Shown: positions 20,143 to 31,129 of the stretch, piece after piece
Position numbering within the stretch: position 1 is the stretch's first letter
Layout of the letters: each line of letters begins with the position of its first letter
Virus record (IMG/VR): IMGVR_UViG_3300025652_000089
Location: 1 to 54,513 of that record
DNA length: 54,513 nt
Source of the DNA: a virus
Lineage: Duplodnaviria; Caudoviricetes
Reading direction: 5' to 3' (one strand)
The notes under the pieces: model-generated
Database searches by the model: none
The model's input: only the letters and a program-made list of their open reading frames with translations
Told to the model about the DNA's origin: nothing
Program-made: the position numbers and the translations under genes

Positions 20143-23100
20143 ATGAACGAAGAAGCATTTAATACCATGTATGATTTAGCCAAGAGAGAGGGCTACAATG
20201 GACTTATTGAGGATTTTAAATTCCTTTTAGATACGAACGATAATGCTTTAAATACTATGTTCGAGCTGTCTAAAAAAGAGGGTTACAATGGACTTATTGA
20301 GGATTTTAAATTCCTTATGGGGACTCAAGGCAGTGGAGGTGCTTCTGAGGGTTTTACCGAAGGTTCTGTAGAGCAACAAGAGCAGCCTACAGAGCCTTTA
20401 GAGAAGCCTATGCGTCTTCAGTATGAAGCTAATAACCCAGAATTACTTGATATTGCTACATCCTCTTACGATGTAGATGTAAACGAAAATAATAAGGAAG
20501 CTGCCAGTAAGTTTTCTTGGGATGACGGAACTCCTAAACCAACAGAAGTTACAACAGCTCAACAAGAACAAGATATTTCACCTCGTTACACGCCCCGTTT
20601 ACCTGAATTTGTTATTGATTATTCATCTTACAATGTAGAGCAACTAGATAGTGCTTTAACTGATATTGGAAAAAGAGAAGAATACACAAACTTTATTCTT
20701 TCCACTCATGGGTTAACTCAACCACAAAGAACCGAAGCTAAAAAACAAAAGGAGGAACTTAAAAACGAACTAGCTGTAGCCAAAGCATACAAAGCCACGA
20801 AGTCGAGTGATTTTTCTATGGTAGATGAATTTATAGAAGCTATTGGTTATGTTGGGCCTAACACAGCAACGGGGAAAGAACTTACGTCAGAATGGGATAA
20901 ATACTCAAAAAGTTTAAACGAAGCAATTGACCCTTTAATTAACGAACTTGATATTGATAATCTAACTGAGATAGATTACAATGGAACAGAAAGAGCTGAT
21001 GTAGAAAAAGTGAGTCAAAAAGCTAAGGAAATATCTGAAAAGATAGCTCCTGGAGAAGAAAAAGTTTTTGATTTAGTTTATGCTAAACTTTTAAATTCTG
21101 GCGAGACAAACTTTCAAAAAAAACAAATAAATAAAAAAGCTGAGGACAGCGAAGTTATTAATAAGTTTCAGGAAGAACAATATAAAAACTTTGTAGCTAC
21201 AAACGAAACGGCTCAAGATTATAAGTCTAAAGCAGAAGCCTCTTTTGCAAAGATAAATAACATACGTCAAGAAAAATTAAACACATCGGTATTACAATAC
21301 AACCAAGATGTAAATTCTTTTAAAGCAAATCTTCAATCTCAAATTAATCAAGGTACCTTAACAGCTGAGAAGGCTAATTCTCTTCTTGACGAATACAACG
21401 AAGAAAGGTTCAACGAACTTACAATGTATGAGGATGAGTTGATAGCTGATGACCAATCTACTGTGGATGGAATTAATGATTTTTTTGGTGAAAAAATAGC
21501 TAAAATTTATAAGGAATTTTTGAGTACAAGTGACCTGTCTGATGAGGAAAGGGCAATGTTAGAAGAAGAGTATAATAGAATTTATGAAGAGGTAGAAAAA
21601 GAAGAGTATGATAGACTTAAAAATCAAGAACAGTTAGATTTTTTTAATTATGGTCCATTTGTCGGTGGTGCTTCACTTTTTGGAAAAGAATGGCTCCCTG
21701 GTGTAGCTAGATTTGTTTCATCAAGCGGTACTTTCTTTGGTTCTCAAGATTTAGTTGAGATTGGGGATGAAATGATGACATCATTTAGCGTAGCTAGGGA
21801 GCCAATGGAGAATTTTAGTGACTTAGCTGATGTGCCAAAAGTTATTAAAAGTGTTGGTAGGTTAGCTGGTTCTGCCACCAGTTCTATATTAGTTGGTACT
21901 GGTGTTGGTATTTCGATGGCTGCTACTGGGGGAGTTGGAACTTTAACTGGTTTAGGACTAATTGCTACTGCTGGATTTTTTACTGAGAGTTTAGACATGT
22001 CTCAAACAATGAAGCGAGATGTACTAAAACAAACTGGTGATTTATTTAAGTCAGAACAAGCAGCAGGTGCTGTATTTCAGGCTCAATTAGGTAACTGGTG
22101 GACATACTTAGGTGATGGTCTACCTTTCGTTGGCAAAGCGTTGAGATTCATACCGTCATCAATTGCTCGTGTTTCATTAATTGGTGCTGAAGGTGTTGCA
22201 ACCGAACAAGTGCAAGAAACATTTCAAACAGCACAAGAGCAGAAAATAATGGAAACTGTTATGTCTGATGAAAAAATATCAGCTGAAGGTTATAGCGAAT
22301 TAATAACTCCAGAGTTAATGAAATCTACTTTTTTAGAAGTAGGGCCAGGTTCATTACTTCTTAGTGGTGGGGGTAGGACTATTACTGAGCTTAGAATGAA
22401 TGGTCAAGCGAATCAAATAGTAAGGGAATTAATAGACAACGCAGCGTTAAACGGAGTAGATGAAAACAAATCTTTCATCAAGCAGAAGATATTTAGTTCC
22501 ATGAATAGACATGGAAAGCATTTTACTAATTCTTGGTTAGCAACCCTGCAAAAAGGTGGTGCTATGACAAAGGAAGAGCTGGCTGAGTTATATACATACT
22601 CAAAAACAGCTGAGGGGTTTGTTAGAAACATTAAGAACACTAAGTTAACTAAAGACCAGGCTAATACATACTTTGGACTATCTCATAGGGCTAACGAATT
22701 ATTTGACCAAGCTGAAGCCATAACTGACGACAAAGTACTAAAGTCTTCACTTAATGAAGAGGCTAATAAACTAAAAAAGAATGCTCAAGAATTTTTATCA
22801 GACCCAGAAACAGGTGGTTCATTTGTAACTGTAAAAATTGGTTCGAACCCAGCTGTAGTTTTAACAGAATCGGAGGCTATTGAGTTGGTTGAGAAAAACC
22901 CATACATGGCATCAAAAGATGTTGACATAACAATAAATGCTAGAAATGCTGAAGAGTTTACCGCTGTATTTAATGGCTTGTTAGCTAACGCAGGAAAAAC
23001 TCCTGAACAGGTTACTAGAGAGTCTAAAACAAATGAAGTATTTGATAAAAGAATAGAAAAATTAACCGAATCCTTTGATAAAGCTATTGCTGTTGCAGAA

Positions 23101-26100
23101 AAAAAATACACAACAACCAAAAGAGCTGATGAGTTAAGAATAGAGAAAGAAAAAGCTATTCAAGATTTAGAAGAGAAGAGAAATAAAAGTTTAGAAAAAA
23201 TAAAAACTTCTGTTGACAAACAATCAAGTGTTAAAGCAGAAGAAACTACAACAGAAGAAAATGCTGAAGAAGACATTTTTGATGATGAAATTCTTGATGA
23301 TGAAATATCATCTCTTGAAGATGACATAAAAGTAGAAGAAGTCTCACAAGAGGGTCCACAAGTAGAGGGTAAAGGGATAATATCCGACAAGGGTAAAAAA
23401 TATGAAGTTCAATCTATAGACACCAAAAAGGACGGTAGTAAGGTAGTTAAGGCTAAAGAGGTAATAGAAGTTACCGAGGATAATATTGAGTATTTACAAA
23501 GCAAAAGAAAAGCCCCACTTAAAGTAGGAGATAAAGTATACGGTACTATAAAGAGGTATGTAGGACAAGAGGCAGAAGTAATTGCAAAAGACAATGAATT
23601 AAGTAAAGGCGAAATAAAAGAACCTACACCTAAACCTGCGAAAAGAAAGTTTAAAGGTAGAGCCACCCCCCCAACACCTAAAGTTGAGCCAACCACTACA
23701 TCTTCTAAAGTAAGGCTTGATGTCAAAGAACGAACAGAAGAAGACATTGAATCAGAGCTTAATGAGGAGATTGCAAAGATTGAAGCAGAGGCTATAGAAT
23801 TTGAACAGATGGTTGTAGATGAACTATCTAAGTCATCACCTAATAGAGACATGGTCCAGGTTGGTGAAAATCTGTATCAAGTTACTAAAAAACCTGATGG
23901 GACTTACACTGTATCTAAAATGAGGACTGGGCCTGAAGGTAGGCTTGTGGGATTACGTCAAGATTCTAAAGAAAAATCTGATGCAATTGCTGAGTTTGAA
24001 AGAGTAAAGAGAAGTGTTGAAGAAAAAGCATTGTCAGAAGCTGAAAAATTAGTTGAAAAAAACAAAAAAGAATCAGAGGATAAGATTTTAAAGTTTCTAA
24101 ATCAAGCTATTGAGGACACTTCTTCTGGTAAGTTAAGAGGACAACTCAATGATGTAACAATAGTATTAGGCACTACAGCAGCAAATGCAGCATTGAGAGG
24201 TGTTAGAGCAGCGTATAAAGCTGGGTTGTCATTATCTAACGCAATTAAATTGCAGTACGAGAAACTTCAAAACACAGGTGTTACTGAATTACAGTTTAAA
24301 AAGTTTGTACTAGATTCAATAAAGGAAAGCAAGGGTAAGATAAATAGTAACATAAAAGAAAAACCTTCACCGAAACCTACCCCAAAAGTTACTCCGAAAG
24401 CTACTCCAGAGATTAGCCAAGAGTCTTCACTTGTCAGACCAACAAGCGGAGATATACAAAGATTAAAAGATACCATATCTAAACTTACTGATGACAATAA
24501 GGCTAGAGAGATAGTCGCTAAAGGACTAAGGGAATTGTTGAAAAACTCTAAGCTAAATAAATTCTCAAAAAGAACTATAAACAAAACTATTACAAGTTTA
24601 AAGAACGCTAAAGTCAGTAACATGCAGGCAATGTTAGACAAGGTGGACAACGCTATAGCTGAGGACGAAAAAAGGGTTGAAAGAGAAAAGTCTTTAAAGA
24701 ATAGAGCTAAAGCAATAAAAAATATATCCAATATAGGTTCTCTAAAAGAGTTACAAGGTTCTTTTACTCAAATGATAAGGATAGACCCAACAGAGTTATC
24801 TAAAAAATCATCGGAGCTTTACGATAGTGTTATTAATGATATAATAAACATAAACAAAAAGAATGTAGATAAAACATCTAGAGCTAATTTTAAGGCAAAA
24901 ATAGATAAGGTTTTGGAATTATATGCTCAAGAACAAAAAATAGCAGAAGATGTAAAAGAGCGTATAGAAAACAAGATAAACCCTAAGAAAACTATAAGTG
25001 CAAACTTAAAGAAGTTCCTGAAAGATGGTTTGATATCAAAGAAAGAGTATGAAATCATAAGTATACATAGAAACATACTAGAGGAAACGACAGTAGTAGA
25101 AACTCTTGAAAATGAAACGGAAGAAGATTTAAAGAAGCGAGCAGAAGAAGCTCTTGCTGAAAAACGCGAAGCCATAGAACTTAGGTTTCTTGAGCTGTCT
25201 GCCTTACCACAATTCTCATTCGGTAGTGATGGGTCTGTAGCTAGGTTTAACTTAACACCAGATGAGAGGAAATATGTAAAGGAGGCAGGTAATTTAACAT
25301 TAAGAGATATCGAACAATTAAATCTTAGGGATGCTGCGTCTATTCTTTTAGGGATAGAGGCTATGAAGTTTGGGTTTGTAACTCCTAAGTTGGTTAGTGG
25401 AATAATAAAAGTTCGTGGAAACAAACAGCAAATGTCTGTGCCTATAAACGAGATAAAGTCATCTGGATTTATAGATAAAATAACTAGCAGGATTTCTGCG
25501 GCTTTTAAAAATTTATTTATTAAAAGTAAGGCAGATAAAAAAACAGCTATAGGTAGAAGACTTCGTAGGGTTCCAATGAAAAACATAAATCAGGTACTTA
25601 AGGTTGTTGAAGAAAAAGAAAATAAAGGAGCGAATGATTTTAAATCAACTAATGTTTACACTTCTTTATTTAAGCCTAGCTCTAATAAAATATCAGAATT
25701 AGATAATCATTTACAAAGGGATAAAGTGAAATTTCAGACAGCTTTATCACTGTTATCTAGAAATCAAAACGAAAGATTTAGACAGAGTGCTTTAATACAA
25801 CTGTATATGACGCAAAGGGAGTATGACAGTAACGATGGTAATGTTGAGGTTAATCAAGCAATGGCTTGGGCTAAAGAAACAATTAAGAATCTACCTGAAA
25901 TATACGGTGAGACAGAACAATCGGTGTTAGAAAGTTTAATAAACAATAAAAAGTACACAACTAAAGGAAAGGATGGAGTGCAAATTGACGCTGCAAAAAT
26001 TTTTGAAAGTCTTACTAATAAAGAGAAAAAATATATATCAATATTAGATGAAGTATATGATAAATTAGGCCCTATGGCTGAGGCTGACGCAATGGTTCAA

Positions 26101-27912
26101 GGAATGACATATATAAACCGAGAAAACTATGTTCACCTGCCAAAGATAAAGGTAAGGGATTCAAAAACTGGTTTTGAAGAAGACCTTGATAGTCTTTACA
26201 ACAGATTTACAAATCCATCTGTAAAAAATAAAGCGGCATCACCTCGTACTGGAAAGGTTCATTCTATTTCCTTTGACCCGATAGCAAATGCAGCAGCTGC
26301 GTCTAGAAAAATTGGTACTGGATATTACATGTATCCAGCTGTGAAGTCTACTAGAGTTGCATTTTCTGGATTAAAGAATAGAGCCGAAACAAAGTTTGAA
26401 AAAGAATTAGTTACTGAATTGGAATCAATATACGACTTAATGTTAAGGAGTCAATTTCAGAGTTTAAAAAATAACGGAAGCCCTATTGTTGATTTTTTAC
26501 TGAAAGCTGGATATTTATCTCAGTTAGGTGGGGTTGTAAAGGCTGGTTCTGAACTTACGACAAACACAACTCACGCATTAATGAATAATGGTGCATCTTT
26601 TTCTCAAGGTGTCTCGACTATTAGCTCTGTAGATGCAGAGACAATGGACAAGGCTATTCAAAACTTACCAACAACTCAAATGTCCAGGGTTACTAGAAGT
26701 GCTATGTATCAATCACAAAATATTGAGGCTGGTCTTTTACAAGAGGCTCAATCATTTAAGAGTGTGGAAATGAAGGGAGAACTGGGAGCAGCATTAATGA
26801 CTGTCGCAGATTTCGCTAAAATACCATTTAAAAAGGCAATAAAATTTAACGAATCACTTATAACAAAACCTGACGAATTAGTGATAAGACCATTACTTGT
26901 AGGGGTTGTTCAAAGTAAGTTTAATGAAATTACGGGTCAAAAATTAAATTGGGATAGCATGGCAAATGACGAAGCATACAGAAGTAAGTTTTCAGAAGCT
27001 ATAAATAAAGCAACTGAAGCTGCTGATACAGCTGTAATAGATACGTCTGCCTCCACTAATATTTTTGATAGTATTCCAGCAAACATGAAAGACCCAGATG
27101 CAAATGCATGGATAACAGCATTTCAAGTTGCCGATAGGTATATGAGTAATTTTAGGGTTTTTGAATATTATTCAGCTGTAAAAGGTATACAAAACTTATT
27201 TGGTAAAGGAGAAATAACAAAAGGTCAGGCTGTTATGCTTTTGACATCTACAGTGGCTCGTATGGCTATGTACAGACTTATCATAGACTCAACTTTTGGT
27301 TTGTTATTTACGGCACTAGGGATAGATGATGAAGATGATGAAATTGATGAAACAGACGTAACTAAAAACGTATTGGGAGCTGTAGTAACTTTAGCTTTTG
27401 GAAGAAATCTTGGTAATGTTTCTACTTCTATTGTAAATGCGGCTGTAGAATATGTTAATAAAGAACTTGGTGAAGGAATAACGTACGAGGGAGAATATAA
27501 TCCGTATGATGGTATTGTTTTTAACAAGTTTGGAGGACTTAGCAAATCAACCGACCCAGCAGTTGATTTTGTTATAGCAAATACAGGTCCATTTTCGAAT
27601 ATAGTAAAAACTAATTTTCGCGCTATAAGTCTTATGAGTAGAGCCATTAACAATAGCACAAAAGAGTCTAGAGATAAAAACTTAAACGAACTTCTAACAA
27701 AAACACCCATTGATTTTGCTGGGTCGTTGGCTATTATTCCATCAGGTAAGACTATAAAAAGAGTGATGAATAAATACTATCACCCTAAGGAAAAGGAAAA
27801 AAAGGAAAAGGAAAAAAAGGAAAAAGGTAGAGATACTGGTAGAACGGTAAATCAATCCTCTAGGAGTTCCTCAACTCGTAGAACAGTACCCACAAGTAAT
27901 CGAACTAGATAA
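20143..27912 (+). CDS. giant internal virion/ejection protein
   Basis: 2589 aa; duplicated N-terminal 30-aa unit (33-bp identical repeat at 20194-20226 and 20284-20316), coiled coils, glycine-rich hydrophobic segment; last gene of structural operon. Confidence 0.6.
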   Translation: MNEEAFNTMYDLAKREGYNGLIEDFKFLLDTNDNALNTMFELSKKEGYNGLIEDFKFLMGTQGSGGASEGFTEGSVEQQEQPTEPLEKPMRLQYEANNPELLDIATSSYDVDVNENNKEAASKFSWDDGTPKPTEVTTAQQEQDISPRYTPRLPEFVIDYSSYNVEQLDSALTDIGKREEYTNFILSTHGLTQPQRTEAKKQKEELKNELAVAKAYKATKSSDFSMVDEFIEAIGYVGPNTATGKELTSEWDKYSKSLNEAIDPLINELDIDNLTEIDYNGTERADVEKVSQKAKEISEKIAPGEEKVFDLVYAKLLNSGETNFQKKQINKKAEDSEVINKFQEEQYKNFVATNETAQDYKSKAEASFAKINNIRQEKLNTSVLQYNQDVNSFKANLQSQINQGTLTAEKANSLLDEYNEERFNELTMYEDELIADDQSTVDGINDFFGEKIAKIYKEFLSTSDLSDEERAMLEEEYNRIYEEVEKEEYDRLKNQEQLDFFNYGPFVGGASLFGKEWLPGVARFVSSSGTFFGSQDLVEIGDEMMTSFSVAREPMENFSDLADVPKVIKSVGRLAGSATSSILVGTGVGISMAATGGVGTLTGLGLIATAGFFTESLDMSQTMKRDVLKQTGDLFKSEQAAGAVFQAQLGNWWTYLGDGLPFVGKALRFIPSSIARVSLIGAEGVATEQVQETFQTAQEQKIMETVMSDEKISAEGYSELITPELMKSTFLEVGPGSLLLSGGGRTITELRMNGQANQIVRELIDNAALNGVDENKSFIKQKIFSSMNRHGKHFTNSWLATLQKGGAMTKEELAELYTYSKTAEGFVRNIKNTKLTKDQANTYFGLSHRANELFDQAEAITDDKVLKSSLNEEANKLKKNAQEFLSDPETGGSFVTVKIGSNPAVVLTESEAIELVEKNPYMASKDVDITINARNAEEFTAVFNGLLANAGKTPEQVTRESKTNEVFDKRIEKLTESFDKAIAVAEKKYTTTKRADELRIEKEKAIQDLEEKRNKSLEKIKTSVDKQSSVKAEETTTEENAEEDIFDDEILDDEISSLEDDIKVEEVSQEGPQVEGKGIISDKGKKYEVQSIDTKKDGSKVVKAKEVIEVTEDNIEYLQSKRKAPLKVGDKVYGTIKRYVGQEAEVIAKDNELSKGEIKEPTPKPAKRKFKGRATPPTPKVEPTTTSSKVRLDVKERTEEDIESELNEEIAKIEAEAIEFEQMVVDELSKSSPNRDMVQVGENLYQVTKKPDGTYTVSKMRTGPEGRLVGLRQDSKEKSDAIAEFERVKRSVEEKALSEAEKLVEKNKKESEDKILKFLNQAIEDTSSGKLRGQLNDVTIVLGTTAANAALRGVRAAYKAGLSLSNAIKLQYEKLQNTGVTELQFKKFVLDSIKESKGKINSNIKEKPSPKPTPKVTPKATPEISQESSLVRPTSGDIQRLKDTISKLTDDNKAREIVAKGLRELLKNSKLNKFSKRTINKTITSLKNAKVSNMQAMLDKVDNAIAEDEKRVEREKSLKNRAKAIKNISNIGSLKELQGSFTQMIRIDPTELSKKSSELYDSVINDIININKKNVDKTSRANFKAKIDKVLELYAQEQKIAEDVKERIENKINPKKTISANLKKFLKDGLISKKEYEIISIHRNILEETTVVETLENETEEDLKKRAEEALAEKREAIELRFLELSALPQFSFGSDGSVARFNLTPDERKYVKEAGNLTLRDIEQLNLRDAASILLGIEAMKFGFVTPKLVSGIIKVRGNKQQMSVPINEIKSSGFIDKITSRISAAFKNLFIKSKADKKTAIGRRLRRVPMKNINQVLKVVEEKENKGANDFKSTNVYTSLFKPSSNKISELDNHLQRDKVKFQTALSLLSRNQNERFRQSALIQLYMTQREYDSNDGNVEVNQAMAWAKETIKNLPEIYGETEQSVLESLINNKKYTTKGKDGVQIDAAKIFESLTNKEKKYISILDEVYDKLGPMAEADAMVQGMTYINRENYVHLPKIKVRDSKTGFEEDLDSLYNRFTNPSVKNKAASPRTGKVHSISFDPIANAAAASRKIGTGYYMYPAVKSTRVAFSGLKNRAETKFEKELVTELESIYDLMLRSQFQSLKNNGSPIVDFLLKAGYLSQLGGVVKAGSELTTNTTHALMNNGASFSQGVSTISSVDAETMDKAIQNLPTTQMSRVTRSAMYQSQNIEAGLLQEAQSFKSVEMKGELGAALMTVADFAKIPFKKAIKFNESLITKPDELVIRPLLVGVVQSKFNEITGQKLNWDSMANDEAYRSKFSEAINKATEAADTAVIDTSASTNIFDSIPANMKDPDANAWITAFQVADRYMSNFRVFEYYSAVKGIQNLFGKGEITKGQAVMLLTSTVARMAMYRLIIDSTFGLLFTALGIDDEDDEIDETDVTKNVLGAVVTLAFGRNLGNVSTSIVNAAVEYVNKELGEGITYEGEYNPYDGIVFNKFGGLSKSTDPAVDFVIANTGPFSNIVKTNFRAISLMSRAINNSTKESRDKNLNELLTKTPIDFAGSLAIIPSGKTIKRVMNKYYHPKEKEKKEKEKKEKGRDTGRTVNQSSRSSSTRRTVPTSNRTR

Positions 27913-27954
27913 AAAAAGGGGGTGTCTTATGATATGAACATAACACCCCCCTTT
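27911..27954. terminator. bidirectional intrinsic terminator between convergent late and replication operons
   Basis: aaaaaaagggggtgt...acacccccttt hairpin with A tract on the left and T on the right. Confidence 0.8.
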
Positions 27955-28052
27955 AAACCAATTCACCAAAATCAATACACAAATATACACATATATATTA
28001 CATAATACATATGCGTATAGCATAATTATCGGGTATTTAAATACCCACTAAA

Positions 28053-29774
28053 TTATCCATCGCAGCTAACACAGTTTTCATCTGTGGCACTCGCTGCAAT
28101 ATCCCCCCTAAGTACAGACTCGGTCCGAACATAGTACAGGGTCTTGATACCCTTCTTCCATGCGTCAAGGTGAACCTTGTTAATAAACTTGGGGTCAACC
28201 GTTGACGGGAACGCTAGGTTAAGGCTAACGCTCTGGTCTATGTACTGCTGACGTATACCAGCCTGACTTATAACCTCCAGCTGATTAATCTCCTTGAACG
28301 TCTTGAACACCTCCTTGGCTGGAATCTTATGCTTGCCAAGAAGAATACTGTCCAACTCCTTGATACCCTGCACAGAACCACCGTCCTCAAGAATCTTGTT
28401 CCACACCTTGTCGGTGTTTAGGTCGTGATACTTAAGCAGCCTTTCTAGGCTAGGATTCTTTCTAATAAACGTACCCTTGAGTGACTGCTCCGTAAAGACA
28501 TTGGCAGCCCAAGGCTCGATGCCAGGACTAACATTACCACTAAGTTTCGAGTTAGATACAGTGGGAGCAACAGCACGAAGGTGGGTGTTCCGCATTCCTG
28601 TACCAACGCACCAAAGCGGCTCACCGAAAGTTTCTGCAAGAGCCATAGAAGCTCTCTCTGTTTCAAGCTTGATTTGGCTAAAGATTCTACGAGTCTCGTA
28701 CTGCGATAGTAAGCCCTCGAAAGGTAGTCCCTTCTCCTGAAGGTAAGTATGCCATCCGAGTACTCCCAGTCCCAAGGCACGTCCCTTCTCAGCAGAACGC
28801 ACGGAGTTTTCAAATCCAATCTTTCCCTTCGCCTTCTGTATAAACTCCTCAAGTACCCCATCCAAGAACCATGTCGCATCATATATGAGGTTAGTGTCTT
28901 TCCATTCAGCATACTTCGCTAGGTTTAAACTTGAGAGGCAGCATACAAAGCTGTGGTTCTCATCGGTGTGTAAAGTAATCTCAGAACATATGTTAGTCAT
29001 GTGAACCTTCAGTCCGTTGTCCTTATACATCTCAGGGTTGTGCTTATTCACATTACCCTTGAACATTATGTACGGCTCACCAGTAGCTTTACGCTTCTGT
29101 AGTAGCTTACTCCATTTAGTTCTAGCCTCAACATCACCATCCATCAGCTTACGCATAAACTTGTCCCCAACAACAGCACACTGGTGTAGGTTAAGTGACT
29201 GTCGATTAACGTCACCCCTTGGCTCCCTAATCTCTAGCCAGTTCTCAAAGTCCTCGTGTTCTATGTTTAGGTTAACACTTGCGGCACCCCTCCTAACAGA
29301 CCCCTGGTTTGTGGCTAGTATACTGGAGTCGTATATCTTACAGAAGGGTACAACACCGTCTGATGTTCCGTTACCCTTTATGTTTGCACCAGCTGGTCGT
29401 ATCTGGTTTATACCAACACCGACACCACCACCGTGCTTGGCAAGCAGCATCATCTCTAGGTTCTTGCCACCGATGTCCGATATAGAATCAGCGACATCGA
29501 TACCAAAACAACTTATTGGTAGGCCCCTGTTTGTTCCCGTGTTAGAGAGTACAGGAGAGGCTAAGCAAAGCCAACCCTTCCATATATACTCAAAGAACTT
29601 TTCAGCCATCTCAGGACGCTCTAAATGCTCTGCAACGGTGTTAGCCACCCTCCAGTATGCATCCCTTGGTGTCTCATCGTTTATGAGGTAACCACCAGAT
29701 ATTGTTTTCTTGTATACCTCAGACTCAGCCCAATTAGGGTAGTCCTTACCCTTCACCCACTTGTGACTTGACAT
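28053..29774 (-). CDS. nrdA: ribonucleotide reductase class Ia alpha subunit (short, no ATP cone)
   Basis: 573 aa; ASPVLSN, ISCF, TNICSEI radical-site motif, APTVSNS, KTLYY, C-terminal CVSCDG. Confidence 0.95.
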   Translation of the reverse strand: MSSHKWVKGKDYPNWAESEVYKKTISGGYLINDETPRDAYWRVANTVAEHLERPEMAEKFFEYIWKGWLCLASPVLSNTGTNRGLPISCFGIDVADSISDIGGKNLEMMLLAKHGGGVGVGINQIRPAGANIKGNGTSDGVVPFCKIYDSSILATNQGSVRRGAASVNLNIEHEDFENWLEIREPRGDVNRQSLNLHQCAVVGDKFMRKLMDGDVEARTKWSKLLQKRKATGEPYIMFKGNVNKHNPEMYKDNGLKVHMTNICSEITLHTDENHSFVCCLSSLNLAKYAEWKDTNLIYDATWFLDGVLEEFIQKAKGKIGFENSVRSAEKGRALGLGVLGWHTYLQEKGLPFEGLLSQYETRRIFSQIKLETERASMALAETFGEPLWCVGTGMRNTHLRAVAPTVSNSKLSGNVSPGIEPWAANVFTEQSLKGTFIRKNPSLERLLKYHDLNTDKVWNKILEDGGSVQGIKELDSILLGKHKIPAKEVFKTFKEINQLEVISQAGIRQQYIDQSVSLNLAFPSTVDPKFINKVHLDAWKKGIKTLYYVRTESVLRGDIAASATDENCVSCDG

Positions 29775-29976
29775 CTTCTTTTTCTTTTTTGATTTGTTCT
29801 AGGTTCTTTTCTTTTAGGTCATCAAGTGCCTTGTCGTAGTCTGGCATCATCTTGATTAACTCAAGTGTACCAACCGACATCTCAGTTAGCCTGTTGTTCT
29901 CTGTTAGTACATGCTGCATGACACGGGTCAGTGACTCGACCTTCTTCTGCATTTCTATTAGTGTGCTTTCCTTCAT
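29746..29976 (-). CDS. hypothetical coiled-coil protein
   Basis: 76 aa ORF between nrdB and nrdA with A/T-rich leader. Confidence 0.65.
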   Translation of the reverse strand: MKESTLIEMQKKVESLTRVMQHVLTENNRLTEMSVGTLELIKMMPDYDKALDDLKEKNLEQIKKEKEDVKSQVGEG

Positions 29977-29994
29977 TTTATTAAATTTAATTAT

Positions 29995-30954
29995 TTACCA
30001 AATATCTTCAAAGTCCTCTCCCTCATTCGCCTTACTATAGTCTGTCGGGCGTATTGAAAAGAAATCAGTGTGGGTATGACCACCCGTAAGGTGATAAAAC
30101 CAATCAAGGTTAGAGGCAGCCTCCTCATCATACTTAAACGACTTCTTATATCCAAGCTCTTTAATTTTCTCATTTGTTCTTTTAATTATAAATTGTTTAA
30201 GGTCGTAAGCCTTTAGGTTCTCTAGGTCACCCATCTCAAACATTTTGTCTATGTACTTGTGTTCAAGCTCCATCATTATGACAGCAGCCTCAACAACCTC
30301 CTCCTCAACAAAAGACCTAAGCCCCTCGTCCTCCTCACACATCTGGTTAAACAACCTACAACCCATCTTGCTGTGCAGTGACTCATCACGCACACTCCAC
30401 TTCATCTGTTGTCCGATACCCTTAAGTAGATTTCGTAACTGAAAACTGTACAAAACGGCAAAAGCAGAGTATAGGCTAACACCTTCGGCAAAGGCACTAA
30501 ATACTGCGAGTGATTTAGCCATGTCAGAACGACTATTGGTATCCACAACCATGAGGTTATTAAAACGGTTGGCAGTAGCACTTTCGTGCAGAAATCCTTT
30601 AAAGTCATTTAGTCCTAGTGTTTCGTTTAAGTATGAGTAGGCTACAGCGTGGATGGTTTCCTGTGACCCAAACATCATAGCCATTTGTTGTATTTCGTGC
30701 TTCGGAAACCAAGACACAACATTCTGTGTCCAGTAGTCGGATACCGCACACTCTGTCTGTGCAAACCCTAGTAGTATGTTGCCAACCAAATTCTTTTCAG
30801 ATGTGGTTAGGTTTTCGTTCCAGTCCTTCACATCACCAGACATACTTATTTCTGTGTGTAACCAAAACGCTTGTGCTTGCTTCAGCCATCCCTCTGTGTA
30901 GTATTCAGGGTATTCAAATGGCTTGTATTCTATTCTCTTATCAAACAACCCCAT
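29995..30954 (-). CDS. nrdB: ribonucleotide reductase class Ia beta subunit
   Basis: 319 aa; QETIHAVAYS, EGVSLYSAF, RDESLH di-iron motifs, DFF..RPTDY C-terminus. Confidence 0.95.
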   Translation of the reverse strand: MGLFDKRIEYKPFEYPEYYTEGWLKQAQAFWLHTEISMSGDVKDWNENLTTSEKNLVGNILLGFAQTECAVSDYWTQNVVSWFPKHEIQQMAMMFGSQETIHAVAYSYLNETLGLNDFKGFLHESATANRFNNLMVVDTNSRSDMAKSLAVFSAFAEGVSLYSAFAVLYSFQLRNLLKGIGQQMKWSVRDESLHSKMGCRLFNQMCEEDEGLRSFVEEEVVEAAVIMMELEHKYIDKMFEMGDLENLKAYDLKQFIIKRTNEKIKELGYKKSFKYDEEAASNLDWFYHLTGGHTHTDFFSIRPTDYSKANEGEDFEDIW

Positions 30955-30955
30955 C

Positions 30956-31129
30956 TTAGTATCTATATATAGTTAGTGATATGTCTATGAACGGGATATA
31001 TACAACGTGAGTTGTCTGAGTAAACTCAGTTCCATCGTCATCACTACCCTCAAGTTCATAGCTTCTAAATCCCAATAGTATTCCAGGGTATAAGCCAATA
31101 CTTATTTCCCAGTCTGTTTTGTCTTGCAT
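30956..31129 (-). CDS. hypothetical protein (57 aa)
   Basis: Hand-translated MQDKTDWEISIGLYPGILLGFRSY...HVVYIPFIDISLTIYRY*, fills the gap upstream of nrdB. Confidence 0.65.
   Translation of the reverse strand: MQDKTDWEISIGLYPGILLGFRSYELEGSDDDGTEFTQTTHVVYIPFIDISLTIYRY

Noticed and set aside
255-27710. Many minus-strand ORFs within the structural module, and plus-strand ORFs within 28-48.8 kb
   Set aside because: Antisense shadows of long genuine genes; S/L/F-rich, no motifs
20143-27912. Virion RNA polymerase as in crAss-like or N4-like giant proteins
   Set aside because: No DxDxD catalytic motif in a plausible context or other RNAP motifs seen; phage encodes sigma factors instead
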